Positions 38,460 through 48,472 of a stretch of 64,000 nt of DNA are shown piece by piece. The stretch comes from an archaeon. GTDB lineage: Archaea > Iainarchaeota > Iainarchaeia > Iainarchaeales > JAAZKV01. The notes beneath the pieces are model-generated. The model made no database searches, was not told where the DNA came from, and saw nothing but the letters and a program-made list of their open reading frames with translations. Each line of letters opens with the position of its first letter. Within the stretch, counting starts at the first letter, position 1. The position numbers were made by a program, and so were the translations under genes. The stretch is taken from NCBI GenBank assembly GCA_038046585.1, contig JBBSVX010000013.1, positions 6,942 through 70,941 on the forward strand. The letters run 5' to 3'.

Positions 38460-39984
38460 TTATCTCACGCTCCACAGGGTCGCGCAAGAAATGCGTTTCA
38501 GTTATTTTTCTTGTTGCAAGATTAATTGTTGAAAATATGCAAGGGGTTGGGTTGTGGCCCATTTTTTTCTGAAAATCTGATTGTGCTTCCCAAGTGCCGG
38601 AATTGATTATGCTTGTTCCGCGATACATTGCATATCCGTTGTGGTGCATATCGCCGAAGAATACCAAATCGGGCTCTTCCTTTATTACCATATAATCTTT
38701 CTTTTCGGGAACGTAAGGATTTTTGCCGCCGTACTTTGGCATGAGGTCGCGCTTCTTTAGTAGCTCAACCATTCCGTCCTGCGGCTTTGACATTTCAAGA
38801 AAACTCACAGAACTTATTAAGTCGTGAACGCTCGGCCCGTGGTACACCAAAACTTTTAGTCCTTCAATTTCAACCCATGATGGGGAAGCGATGAAGTGGA
38901 AATTTTTTAATTTGCTTAGTCTTGGAACGAATTCTTTGTCTATTGCAGGCTGTGGTTCGGCCCTTCTAACGGCATCATGCTGGCCGGGGCAGATAAAGAC
39001 TTGGATATATTCAGGAATTCTTAGCATCAAATCTTCAAACACTTTGTATTGCCCGTAAACATCTTTTATCACAAGTTCGTCGTACTGACCCGGGTACACT
39101 CCGATTCCTGCAACGTTATCCCCCGTAACAAACAAGTATTGTATTTTGCCCACTCTTTCAAGCTGGGCGGGGGTTAGCCCTTGTCCGTTAATATAGTCAA
39201 GAAATTTTATGAATTGTTCTTCATAGAAAAGTTTTGATCCTATGTGAAGATCTGAAATCGCCCCGACTATCACTTCATCTCTTATAGTCTTAGGAGGTCT
39301 TATTGGCAAATCAGGCCAATAAATTTCTTTTACTAAAACAAGTTCTCCTTTCTTTGAGCCTTTAACTCCGACAACATTGTCTTCTAATATTCTTTCGGCT
39401 TTTCTTATCATTTCTCGATCCGATTCCATCACTAGCGCTATGCATTTGCCGGTCATGTCTTCTATCTCGTATGCAGTGTGTCCCTTTTTTGTTATCCATT
39501 TTCTGTTTACTATCCCAATGACGTCCACCATCTGATTGTCGGGTCTTTTTAGCAATACTTCCACTGTGACAGGTGAAAGATTGTGTCTTGATTTTAGCAT
39601 TCCTGAAAGTATCTCAAACTTGCTTCTAAACAGTCTCAAAAAGTCCTGCACAGTTCCTTCAGAATTGCTTTGCCCGGTGACATCATATTCTTCCATCACA
39701 TGGAAATTTGGAGGGCGATCTCTTGCTTGAGAAGCGAATGACGCTTTTTTCACTTCAATTTCCACCGAAGCAGAATCAAGTTTTGTGTGCGTCAGTTTTT
39801 TTTCAAGAATTGAAAGCTCTACTACAAAGTGCCCTTCAGCTATAAGTTCATCGATGATTTTTTGCCAATCTTCTTTTTTTGAGAGAAGTTCGGCGGATTC
39901 TTTTGAAATAATTATGCCTTTTTTTTCAGCGTATGTGAGAATGTCTTGCATGCCTTCACTGCTCGTTGCTTTGTGCGCATTCAT
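38452..39984 (-). CDS. polB: DNA polymerase D small subunit DP1 (OB fold plus phosphoesterase)
   Basis: ISDLHIGS, TGDNVAGIGVYPGQ, PGQHDAVR, YHG, INSGTW. Overlaps the DP2 start. Confidence 0.93.
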   Translation of the reverse strand: MNAHKATSSEGMQDILTYAEKKGIIISKESAELLSKKEDWQKIIDELIAEGHFVVELSILEKKLTHTKLDSASVEIEVKKASFASQARDRPPNFHVMEEYDVTGQSNSEGTVQDFLRLFRSKFEILSGMLKSRHNLSPVTVEVLLKRPDNQMVDVIGIVNRKWITKKGHTAYEIEDMTGKCIALVMESDREMIRKAERILEDNVVGVKGSKKGELVLVKEIYWPDLPIRPPKTIRDEVIVGAISDLHIGSKLFYEEQFIKFLDYINGQGLTPAQLERVGKIQYLFVTGDNVAGIGVYPGQYDELVIKDVYGQYKVFEDLMLRIPEYIQVFICPGQHDAVRRAEPQPAIDKEFVPRLSKLKNFHFIASPSWVEIEGLKVLVYHGPSVHDLISSVSFLEMSKPQDGMVELLKKRDLMPKYGGKNPYVPEKKDYMVIKEEPDLVFFGDMHHNGYAMYRGTSIINSGTWEAQSDFQKKMGHNPTPCIFSTINLATRKITETHFLRDPVEREINE

Positions 39985-40035
39985 TTACGCCGAGTGAGGC
40001 CCTAAAAAGAGATTTAGCCTTTTGTAATCTTTTTG

Positions 40036-40284
40036 TCACTTCATCTTTTCTTTCGCTGCTTCGATGAGTGAGATAGCGTGCCATATGTCCGTTCTTGTAT
40101 GGTCCGGCATATTGACATCGTTACTGATATCATCGAGGAAATATATCGCTTCGCTAAGCGTTGTGACATTGTTAGATGTTATTTTTTTTGCGGCTTCTTC
40201 TACTTTTGCCCTGATGTTCCTAGGAACTCCTCTATCGTTGAGAATCTCGTTTAAGATAGATGTTATTTCTTCGTTCATATTCAC
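40036..40284 (-). CDS. UPF0147 family protein
   Basis: DRGVPRNIR...LDDISNDVNMPDHTRTDIW signature. Confidence 0.85.
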   Translation of the reverse strand: MNMNEEITSILNEILNDRGVPRNIRAKVEEAAKKITSNNVTTLSEAIYFLDDISNDVNMPDHTRTDIWHAISLIEAAKEKMK

Positions 40285-40432
40285 ACCAGCACCCGGCGAA
40301 AAAATGAATTATCATTCGCCTTCAGCTAAAACAGATAGGGGGCAAAAAGCCTTATAAACAAGGGCTTAATTAGATAAAATTGTGCAAATTTGCCCGGAAA
40401 AATGTTATAAACAAGTAAAGCCTCATTAGTGC

Positions 40433-41094
40433 ATGAAAAAAAGAAGAAATGAAACTATGCCCGCGCAAAATGAAATTATGCCTGCCCACAAATTATTTGC
40501 CGGACTGATGCGCAAAGTACTAATCAAACCTTTCTTCAAAGCACTTTTCGGCTACAAGTACCCCAAGCTCACCCTAATGATGATATCCATAGTATTTGCA
40601 TATCTCACTTTTAGCGACCCTAACATGGTGAACTACCTTTCGCACTTAAATGATCTGAGCTATTTGGGAGTTCTGTTTGGAGGATTGCTTTTTTCTTTCG
40701 GATTCACTTCCCCTTTTGCAGCAGGAATTTTTCTCGAAATTAGCCCCCAAATATACTCCTTGCAGCCATTATTGGCGGGCTTGGGGCGGCCGCAGGAGAC
40801 ATGCTGATATTCCCTGTGGTGCGAATCTCTTTCCAAAAAGAAATAAATCGCGTGAAGAGACACTTCGTGCTTAAGACTCTAAACCATGCAATCGAATGGA
40901 GCCTTGGAAAAAGGCTAAAGCACTACCTGATGTGGATTTTTGCGGGAATCTTAATAGCTTCCCCTTGGCTACCTGACGAAGCGGGAATGACTGTGCTTTC
41001 AGGACTGACAAAAATTAAACCCCTAACACTCGCAATACTTTGCTTTGTGCTTAACACGCTCGGAATATTTATCCTGCTCGTAGCCCCATTATGA
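40433..41094 (+). pseudogene. Frameshifted multi-pass membrane protein (DedA/VTT-like)
   Basis: Two overlapping ORFs (40433..40807 and 40801..41094) join into one coherent membrane protein (...ISPQNILLAAIIGGLGAAAGDMLIF...ASPWLPDEAG) if one base is added near 40745-40752. Confidence 0.7.
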
Positions 41095-41099
41095 ATGGG

Positions 41100-41714
41100 C
41101 TACTTAATCACAATTATTCTGTCTGTGACCAAGTGAGTCGCATATCCTAGCGCCCCCAATAATGCAAAGAATAATGCATCCCACCACGTAAAAAATACAA
41201 GCAGACCCACTACAAATAAAAATGCAGAAAATATGAGCATAGAATTTGTCCTATGAAAATATTTGTAAGGCATATGCAGAGGTTTTATCTTTTCAGAAAG
41301 CATATAATATATTATAATTGGCGCAAACAAGAGCACTATCACTCGCTGAAGGCGGGTCGCATACTTAGAGGGCGCCCTTTCATTAAAGAAGCTGTCTAAA
41401 TCAATCATGAAGGCAGCATAGAAGAATATTGCAACACCAAATATTGTGGGGCTCAAACGAAACCTTTCAAACACACATATGTTCAGCACCGCATGGAATA
41501 TTATTATAGGAAGGATAACTCTCACAAAAACCCATATGGCAAAATCCTTATGCTCAAGAAACTCGCCCAATACTTTCTCAAAGGTTGCAAATCCCGGAAG
41601 ATGGCTCGTCATGTCAGAGAAAAATTTGTTCATTTGACCGAAGGCATTCTTTTTCTTTTTCATATAATTAATAGAACAAAGAAATATATAATTGTTTTCA
41701 TAAAAAGGTTTCAT
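41100..41714 (-). CDS. Membrane protein resembling membrane-bound metal-dependent hydrolases (YdjM-like)
   Basis: Several TM helices with DLD, FHRT and GYATHLVTD motifs. Confidence 0.55.
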   Translation of the reverse strand: MKPFYENNYIFLCSINYMKKKKNAFGQMNKFFSDMTSHLPGFATFEKVLGEFLEHKDFAIWVFVRVILPIIIFHAVLNICVFERFRLSPTIFGVAIFFYAAFMIDLDSFFNERAPSKYATRLQRVIVLLFAPIIIYYMLSEKIKPLHMPYKYFHRTNSMLIFSAFLFVVGLLVFFTWWDALFFALLGALGYATHLVTDRIIVIK

Positions 41715-42679
41715 TTCTTTGTAAGTTCTGTTTTAAGAGCATCAAGCCCTTTTCCTTCAAGTATTGTAAAGTGATCGGCGAACTTTTCCTTAGCATCTTC
41801 TATTTGCTTGGGGTTTGCAATGTCGGTTTTGTTAATCACTACAATAAATCCTTGAGTGGTGAAAAGCTTTTTCATTTCCTCTAAAAGATTTCTTTGAATT
41901 TCAAGATCGTCAAGCGGATCTACCACAAAAAGAACGGTGCCTTTGAGATGTTGGAGCGCAGCAATCGCCTTTAGTTCAATCTTATTTCTTGCGTGAAGCG
42001 GCCTGTCTAAAAGTCCTGGGGTGTCTATCACTTGAACAGGCATGTATTTTCTCTGGAAATATCCAACGTTAAGTCCTTTTGTTGTGAAAGGATATGCTGC
42101 AACTTCCGGTTTTGACTCGGTCACTTTTGAAAGCAAAGTGCTTTTTCCAACATTAGGAAACCCCGCCAAAATGTAAGTGTCATTCTTTGAGTCAATGCTT
42201 GGAAGCTCTTTTAGTTTTCTCACGTTGTCGTTGTATCTGTCTATTGGACCTTTGAGCCCGTCTATTAGGGAAGAAACTCTTCCAATGTATTGGTGGGTTA
42301 TTTTTTTCGCAACTTTATCAGCGCCGTTTGAAAACTTTAATTCTTTCATTTTTACTAAACTCTCTCTTCTAACTCTCATAACTAATTTTGTTACCGAGTA
42401 AATGCTTGAAAGCGCTTTTTTTACGTCATCAATATCGATTATGCAAGTGTAAAGGTCGTAGTAAAACGGTTCAAGTTTTTCAATACTAGGGAATTCTTTC
42501 ACGGTTTTTTCAAGTACTTCTTCAATGTACGCTGCGGAGGCGTCAATAAAAGCCATTTCTTTCCCCTTGATTGTGTAAAAGGAAGTTTTTTGCTGAGGGT
42601 AGAGCGAAGAGTTCTTTCTTCCCCTGTTGAATGCCGCGTCAATTAATACCTGCGGTTTTTCCAGATGTTTCAAGCTCAT
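41711..42679 (-). CDS. NOG1-family GTP-binding protein
   Basis: FPSIEKLEPFY N-domain, GFPNVGKS, YPFTTKG, DTPGLLDRP, NKTD. Confidence 0.92.
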   Translation of the reverse strand: MSLKHLEKPQVLIDAAFNRGRKNSSLYPQQKTSFYTIKGKEMAFIDASAAYIEEVLEKTVKEFPSIEKLEPFYYDLYTCIIDIDDVKKALSSIYSVTKLVMRVRRESLVKMKELKFSNGADKVAKKITHQYIGRVSSLIDGLKGPIDRYNDNVRKLKELPSIDSKNDTYILAGFPNVGKSTLLSKVTESKPEVAAYPFTTKGLNVGYFQRKYMPVQVIDTPGLLDRPLHARNKIELKAIAALQHLKGTVLFVVDPLDDLEIQRNLLEEMKKLFTTQGFIVVINKTDIANPKQIEDAKEKFADHFTILEGKGLDALKTELTKK

Positions 42680-42708
42680 TTTTTATCCCTTCAAAATCTC
42701 AATTATAA

Positions 42709-43197
42709 TTATTTTTTTCCTTTGCCTTCATTTCTTTTTTGCTCGAATTCCTTTATTATTTCCCTAAACAATGCTGGTCTTTCTTGCCTTATTTCTCGCA
42801 TAACTTCAGGATACTGATTGATTGCAAGCTTTACATACTTCAGGTCATATCTTGCGCCAAGAGAACCCCTGTCTCTCTCCGCAAATCTTTCCAAAAATCT
42901 AAGGATAGACATCTTCGCTGCCTGCTTGTCCTCTTTTCTCGCTTTCTTTTCAACCAAAAGTTTTGCTTTCAGTAGAACCGCCGACTTTTTGCCTTTCTGT
43001 GCCTGTTCTTGTCTAAGTTTGTTTATTGCCTTTTCTTTCTCTTGTTTAGCCAAGTATTCTTGTCCGGCTTTGCTTTCAAAAAACATCAATTTGCCTATTT
43101 CTTCCTTCTGCAAGGAAGTAAGTCCAGGCCGATATTTGCTCTTTCTTTGAGCCCTATCCCTTACAGTCTTTGGCAAATGAGATTTTCTCACAGGCAT
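42709..43197 (-). CDS. Hypothetical highly basic protein
   Basis: 162-aa Lys/Arg-rich ORF with a TATA-like element upstream. Confidence 0.6.
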   Translation of the reverse strand: MPVRKSHLPKTVRDRAQRKSKYRPGLTSLQKEEIGKLMFFESKAGQEYLAKQEKEKAINKLRQEQAQKGKKSAVLLKAKLLVEKKARKEDKQAAKMSILRFLERFAERDRGSLGARYDLKYVKLAINQYPEVMREIRQERPALFREIIKEFEQKRNEGKGKK

Positions 43198-43290
43198 AAC
43201 ATATTTAAGGGTTAGCCAGGTTTTTAATCTATACTAAGCACTTATTTGTGAGAAAAGCGCTTTAAGAAAGCATTGGTTAAAGTTGGTTTT

Positions 43291-44340
43291 ATGAAAGACT
43301 TTTACGGCAAGGATTACAAGAAAATGATGATAATCCCGCTCATAATGCTACTACCCATGCTATTTTTGATATTTGTTTTTCCGGGCGTATCACCAGGAAC
43401 TGATCTTACTGGAGGAAACGTAATAATCGTTCGCTCCGAATCAGCAATTACCGATATACAAATCAAGGACGCTCTCGCAGAATTCTCTTTACCTGAACTG
43501 AAGGTTTCAACAATTGCTTCCCCAACCGGGTTTGGGGCATGGATATCATACAGCAAGGATCCAAAAGTTACTCAAGTAGAAGATCTTCTTTCAAAGGCCG
43601 AAACAAGTATTGACACTGATGCTGACTCTATTGCATTTTCAAATCAGGCGCTTATAGTTCTTGGAAAACCAGAACAGCAATTTGCAAACGCAAAACTTGC
43701 AATGATTGCGGCACAGGATGCGCTTGCGGCTTACAAGGAAAATTTCTCGCAGAAACTGCAGGACACACTCACAACAAAACTTAGCCTCGGGGAAAATGCA
43801 GAATTTCAGAAGAGAGAAGTTTCTCCGACTCTTGGCGGAGCAACAATGCAATCCTCAATATTCATGGTACTTTTAGGATTTGTACTAATTACAATAATAG
43901 TTTTCATTTCATTCAGACAATTCATACCTTCCGTTGCAATAATACAAGCGATGACTTTCGATGTAATAGCAGGAGTAGCGGGAATGGCAATACTCAATAT
44001 ACCTCTTTCACTAACAACTCTCCCAGCGCTTTTGATGTTAATCGGGTACTCGGTTGACACTGATATTATGCTTACTTCAAGAGTACTAAAAGGAAAGGAC
44101 GGAACTCCTGCTTCAAGAGCGTCATCTTCTGTTTTGACTGGATTGACTATGAGCGGAACAACAATAGTTGCACTTCTAGCGATGCTTGTAATTTCCTATT
44201 TTTACCAAATAGAAGTTATTTACCAAATCTCAGCAATATTACTCTTCGGACTCATAGGAGACGTAATCTCCACTTGGTTAATGAACGGACCTATACTATT
44301 ATGGTTCATGGAAAAGAAAGAAAAGGGTGAATTCAAATGA
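43291..44340 (+). CDS. secF: Protein translocase subunit SecF
   Basis: GTDLTGG, VSPTLG, IGYSVDTDIMLTSRV, six TM helices. Confidence 0.92.
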   Translation: MKDFYGKDYKKMMIIPLIMLLPMLFLIFVFPGVSPGTDLTGGNVIIVRSESAITDIQIKDALAEFSLPELKVSTIASPTGFGAWISYSKDPKVTQVEDLLSKAETSIDTDADSIAFSNQALIVLGKPEQQFANAKLAMIAAQDALAAYKENFSQKLQDTLTTKLSLGENAEFQKREVSPTLGGATMQSSIFMVLLGFVLITIIVFISFRQFIPSVAIIQAMTFDVIAGVAGMAILNIPLSLTTLPALLMLIGYSVDTDIMLTSRVLKGKDGTPASRASSSVLTGLTMSGTTIVALLAMLVISYFYQIEVIYQISAILLFGLIGDVISTWLMNGPILLWFMEKKEKGEFK

Positions 44341-45983
44341 CTAACCCTCTCCTAAGAAACTGGCAAATCACTTTTGTCGTGGCTCTTGTAATAATTTCAA
44401 TTTTGCTTGTGGCAACTATGGGAATAAAGCTTGGCCTTGACTTTCAGGGCGGGACTCTTTACCAGGTTGAACTGCAGAAACAAGTTTCAAACGAAGAGAT
44501 AGCTAGAATATCAAATATCATTTCACAAAGAATTGATCCTTCGGGATTAATGGATGCTTCTGTGACACCAGTAGGAGGACAATTTATCGTCGTCCAATTA
44601 TCAGAGACCGATCCTGTGATGCTTGAAAAAATAGAATCTAGGATGAGACAGCAAGGAAAATTCGAAGCAACTCTCAACGGAGAGATAGTATTCACCGGAG
44701 ATGAGATAAAGAAAGTTCTTAGAGGGGACAATTATTACGGCGTGGCAAAAATAGCTAGCACTTACGAGTGGAGATTGCCTTTTGTACTTAACGACGTTGC
44801 AGCAAAGAGATTCGCGGAAAAGACTTTCCACCAGTGCACAGCAACATCATTCGCAGCAAACGGAACCCCTACATACGACTGCGAAAAGACAGTGTTTTTC
44901 TTGGACAAGCCTAACGCACTAATTGTTCTTACTCAAGATGAATATGACCTAGACTCTGACCTCCTCGCTACAGGAAACCGAAACGCAAACATCCCCGCAG
45001 GAACTGAGATTGAGTCGCTCATACAAGACGCTAACACAATAATAGCAATAGTTGACGCAAATAATTCAATTGATTTGAATTTGATCAGCGCAGCACTCGC
45101 AAGAACAGATATTGCGATAGTTTCACCTAAAGTTTTGGAATCAGTCAAGAACGACCTTAACGCCGCAGGATTTGAAGTAAGAAATGGCGCAAGCGTTAAT
45201 GGAGAACCTTGGATTTGGAGTAACTTAAACGCAAGACAAATCATCAGCCTTACAGAAAATATTACTAACGAAGACAAATCAGATCCTGCTCAGGCTGAAA
45301 TATTCAGCCAGTTAAGCATCAGCGGCGGAAGAGAGACACTGGATGTCGCTAAAGCAGATCTTGAAGAATTGACAATCCTCCTAGAATCGGGCTCGCTTCC
45401 CACTCCAGTAAAAAGCATTTCAAAGGAAACAATATCTCCTTCGCTAGGAGAATCATTCCTCAACAACATCATACTAATGGGGGTACTAGCACTCATAGCG
45501 GTTGCACTTGTAATTGTAATCAGGTATAGGGCTCCAAAACTCGTTATCCCAATAGTATTCACAGGAATGAGCGAGATAATTATACTAATGGGATTCATGT
45601 CTTTCATCCAAAGACCTTTAGATCTCGCAGCATTCGCGGGAATAATTGCAGCGATAGGAACAGGAGTAGATTCAGAAATTGTAATAACTGATGAGATACT
45701 TGGAAAATCAAAGCACGCAACTGAATCGCTCGTACAAAGAGCAAAAGCAGCGCTCTTCATCATCATGACTTCTGCTTTCACGGTTCTTGGAGTAATGGGG
45801 CCAATAATTCTCTTCTCAAGAAGTCTACCGGGCCTTGACAGATTATTCGGTTTTGCAGTAGTAACAATATTTGGAGCACTTGTAGGAGTATTCATTACTA
45901 GACCTGCTTTTACAAAGATAGTTGAAAAGATTGTTGGCTCGCATGAGAGAAAGCAGGCAAAAAAAGAAGAAACTAACAACTAA
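44337..45983 (+). CDS. secD: Protein translocase subunit SecD
   Basis: LGLDFQGG, LESGSLP, ISPSLG, IGTGVDSEIVITDE. Confidence 0.92.
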   Translation: MTNPLLRNWQITFVVALVIISILLVATMGIKLGLDFQGGTLYQVELQKQVSNEEIARISNIISQRIDPSGLMDASVTPVGGQFIVVQLSETDPVMLEKIESRMRQQGKFEATLNGEIVFTGDEIKKVLRGDNYYGVAKIASTYEWRLPFVLNDVAAKRFAEKTFHQCTATSFAANGTPTYDCEKTVFFLDKPNALIVLTQDEYDLDSDLLATGNRNANIPAGTEIESLIQDANTIIAIVDANNSIDLNLISAALARTDIAIVSPKVLESVKNDLNAAGFEVRNGASVNGEPWIWSNLNARQIISLTENITNEDKSDPAQAEIFSQLSISGGRETLDVAKADLEELTILLESGSLPTPVKSISKETISPSLGESFLNNIILMGVLALIAVALVIVIRYRAPKLVIPIVFTGMSEIIILMGFMSFIQRPLDLAAFAGIIAAIGTGVDSEIVITDEILGKSKHATESLVQRAKAALFIIMTSAFTVLGVMGPIILFSRSLPGLDRLFGFAVVTIFGALVGVFITRPAFTKIVEKIVGSHERKQAKKEETNN

Positions 45984-46008
45984 CCTTGTCTTGTTCTAAT
46001 GTTGCTCC

Positions 46009-46542
46009 TCAGAGTAGTTCTGAGAAATCTTTTACTTTCCCCATCTTCTTTGTTCCATAATACCATATCAGAAGTATTATCGCGCTCATCAAGAACCAGG
46101 TAAGTGTGTGAACCATATTGGCATCAAACCCGGCTTTTGCGGCAACTAGTACAAGCATTACTCGGGGGATGTTTGCAAGCAATAGTATTAGCGTTCCTGC
46201 AATGAACAACATTACTTTTTTTACAAGTTCTGGCTTCTTGAGCGAGAATATTACTGCCGCCAAGATTGATGCACTGGCTAGACCTGTGCATGAATTTGAG
46301 ATTGTATAAGTGTGCCCATTTATTTGAACAATGCTGCCAGATACTGCCATTCCTAATGCATCGCCGGCAATCTTTGCTATGGCTTGAGTAAGAAATGAAA
46401 GATCAGCCAATTCAATAAGGATTGTGAGTGCGAAATATATCCCGAAGAACTTTGCTAAGAACCACAAGAGCTTTTCCTTTTTGTTTTGTGTACTTTGAGG
46501 GCTTGAAATTGCGCGTTTAGTTTGCTTTTTTGCCTTTTTCAT
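46009..46542 (-). CDS. Archaeosortase/exosortase family protein
   Basis: Multi-TM protein with a Cys-Arg-His triad context: SNSCTG, ANIPRV, MVHTL. Confidence 0.8.
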   Translation of the reverse strand: MKKAKKQTKRAISSPQSTQNKKEKLLWFLAKFFGIYFALTILIELADLSFLTQAIAKIAGDALGMAVSGSIVQINGHTYTISNSCTGLASASILAAVIFSLKKPELVKKVMLFIAGTLILLLANIPRVMLVLVAAKAGFDANMVHTLTWFLMSAIILLIWYYGTKKMGKVKDFSELL

Positions 46543-46546
46543 GAGC

Positions 46547-47062
46547 TCACCAAGGCACTTTCTTTAGCTTCATCTTAAATGCAGCAAAATTTGTCGCCAA
46601 GTGTATTACTATGGTGGCTATCAGTAGAAATGCAGCCACTTCGAGTTCGGGGACCCTCACAATCAGGCTAAGGAGTAATCCGCCTAAGACAAAATCGAGT
46701 TGGTCAAAAAGAAGCCAGTGTGCTCCGCTTTCTATTCCCGCTCTTCTTTTTATGAAGCTTTTTAGCATGTCGCCTAAGATTGCTCCTACTGAAAGAGCTA
46801 CTGCGAAAAGAAAATAATTAGGAACGAGAATCTCAATAGTTGGGTAAAAAAATAAAAGAACTATTCCTGCGACTATCCCTCCGCCTATTCCGGAAAATGT
46901 TCCAAGAACTGTTTTTCCGTCCCCGAATATTCTTTTTTTGCCTATTTTTTTGCCAAAATCAATCGGCTTTTTGCCATGTATAACTATAGGAGTGGCGTTT
47001 GCAAAATACATTGGCACAGCGTAGGCGAAAACTAGTGTGACAAAATCAATTATTGTTACCAA
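46547..47062 (-). CDS. carS: CDP-archaeol synthase
   Basis: PMYFANATP, PIDFGK, IFGDGKT, GDMLKSFIKRR, DQLDF, LKKVPW. Confidence 0.92.
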   Translation of the reverse strand: MVTIIDFVTLVFAYAVPMYFANATPIVIHGKKPIDFGKKIGKKRIFGDGKTVLGTFSGIGGGIVAGIVLLFFYPTIEILVPNYFLFAVALSVGAILGDMLKSFIKRRAGIESGAHWLLFDQLDFVLGGLLLSLIVRVPELEVAAFLLIATIVIHLATNFAAFKMKLKKVPW

Positions 47063-47091
47063 ACAAATCGCCTAAAAACTTTATTTTAACT

Positions 47092-47784
47092 TTATAAAAA
47101 TAAGCCCGTCAATAATGCGAATATCGCACCTGATGCGCATCCAATGAGATTAACGTGTGTGTTGTTTAAAATCTTTCTTGTTTCAAATATCGCGCCCGCG
47201 AGGGAGTCTATGTTTGTTCCAACCATCCCTGCCCCAATTATTATTAGCGCTGAAAATACATCAGAGTATGCGTAAAAGTGGAGCGCGGCAATTACTATTG
47301 CCCCAAAGAGCGCTGCAATTTCGCCCAAAAGAGTTATCCCCCCATCTGTCCCCCTTGGCACTTTTTTGAAGGTAGTTATCATTATCGGCTTTGATTTTGA
47401 AAAGTATCCTATTTCTGAAGATAAAGTGTCTGATAGTGCCGCAGATATTGCGCCAAAGAATGCGAGCTGCCAAAGCATTGCCTGTTCACTGTATATCGCT
47501 GTCATTGCTATGACAACTAGGGCCGGCAAAGAATTCCCCACAACATTCCAAATTGTTCTTTGCTCATGCTTCTTTGATTTGATGTTGCTTGCAAGTTCTC
47601 CAATCAAAAAGAATGTTACTACTGCCGCGAAGCAAATCAGCGGATTAGGCGTGTATATCACTGCTGCAATCCCGACAGCGTTTGCGATTAATACTCCTTC
47701 AAAGTCGAGGAGTTTTAGTTTGTATGAGATTATTGAGAATAATGCTAGGAAAACTAGCACAACAATCAGTTCTTCTATAATCAT
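47092..47784 (-). CDS. DUF92 / TMEM19 family membrane protein
   Basis: RTIWNVVGNS, SDTLSSEIG, ITTFKKVPRGTDGGIT, DSLAGA, NNTHVN. Confidence 0.88.
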   Translation of the reverse strand: MIIEELIVVLVFLALFSIISYKLKLLDFEGVLIANAVGIAAVIYTPNPLICFAAVVTFFLIGELASNIKSKKHEQRTIWNVVGNSLPALVVIAMTAIYSEQAMLWQLAFFGAISAALSDTLSSEIGYFSKSKPIMITTFKKVPRGTDGGITLLGEIAALFGAIVIAALHFYAYSDVFSALIIIGAGMVGTNIDSLAGAIFETRKILNNTHVNLIGCASGAIFALLTGLFL

Positions 47785-47832
47785 AAGAAAAACCGCTTAA
47801 AGCCCTTAGCAGGCTTAAGCAGAGGGTTGCTT

Positions 47833-48456
47833 TTACTTGGTTTCAAGGAATGTTGACTTTGAAACTATTACTTTTTTTACTCTGCAAATCTTAGAAGCTT
47901 TCTTGAAAATTTCGTTTGAGAATTCTTGTCCCAATAGTATTTGAACAAGCTCTTCAAAATCCTTGCCTTTAAGTGAAGCGTACTCTTCGTGTATCATCTT
48001 TCTAATAGCCGCTTCTTGGCTTTGAGTAGCCTTTCTGTCTGTAATTGCCATGATTGTTGACTTTGCTTCTCCGCCTATTGAAGGGATTGTGCCAACTATT
48101 GCAACTTTTGAGTTTCTTCTTCTAACTGTTCTTCCCAAAGATCCTCTGTTAACTGCGAATTCTGATATTTTTGTAGACGCTGTCTGTCCCTGAACATCAA
48201 AAACTTTGAATGTTAACATGTAATCTCTTTTCATTCTCTGTCCTGTGAGAACGTCAAGAGTGACTTTCATTGTTCTGTTGATTAAATTCTTTGGCTTTTC
48301 AACCGGAGTTTCGCCTAAAACTTTCTTGTCAAATATTCTTGAAGAAAGTATTGTGTACCATTTCTTCTTCTTCCACTTGTCAACGGTTTTTCTTCCGCCT
48401 GTCCCCTTTGCAACTGGGGCTTTCTGTTCTGCTTTTGTGTCAACCATTGCCGGCAT
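47833..48456 (-). CDS. rps3ae: 30S ribosomal protein eS1 (S3Ae)
   Basis: DKWKKKKWYTI, NLINRT, VRRRNSKV. Confidence 0.88.
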   Translation of the reverse strand: MPAMVDTKAEQKAPVAKGTGGRKTVDKWKKKKWYTILSSRIFDKKVLGETPVEKPKNLINRTMKVTLDVLTGQRMKRDYMLTFKVFDVQGQTASTKISEFAVNRGSLGRTVRRRNSKVAIVGTIPSIGGEAKSTIMAITDRKATQSQEAAIRKMIHEEYASLKGKDFEELVQILLGQEFSNEIFKKASKICRVKKVIVSKSTFLETK

Positions 48457-48472
48457 AATATCTCAACTCAAA

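Noticed and set aside
40741..40760. Programmed -1 ribosomal frameshift
   Set aside because: The codon phase CCC CAA ATA does not fit an X XXY YYZ slippery heptamer.
45290..45979. 229-aa antisense ORF, and the many other 60-150-aa ORFs overlapping long genes
   Set aside because: These are shadow frames of well-supported genes (here secD) with no independent motifs.
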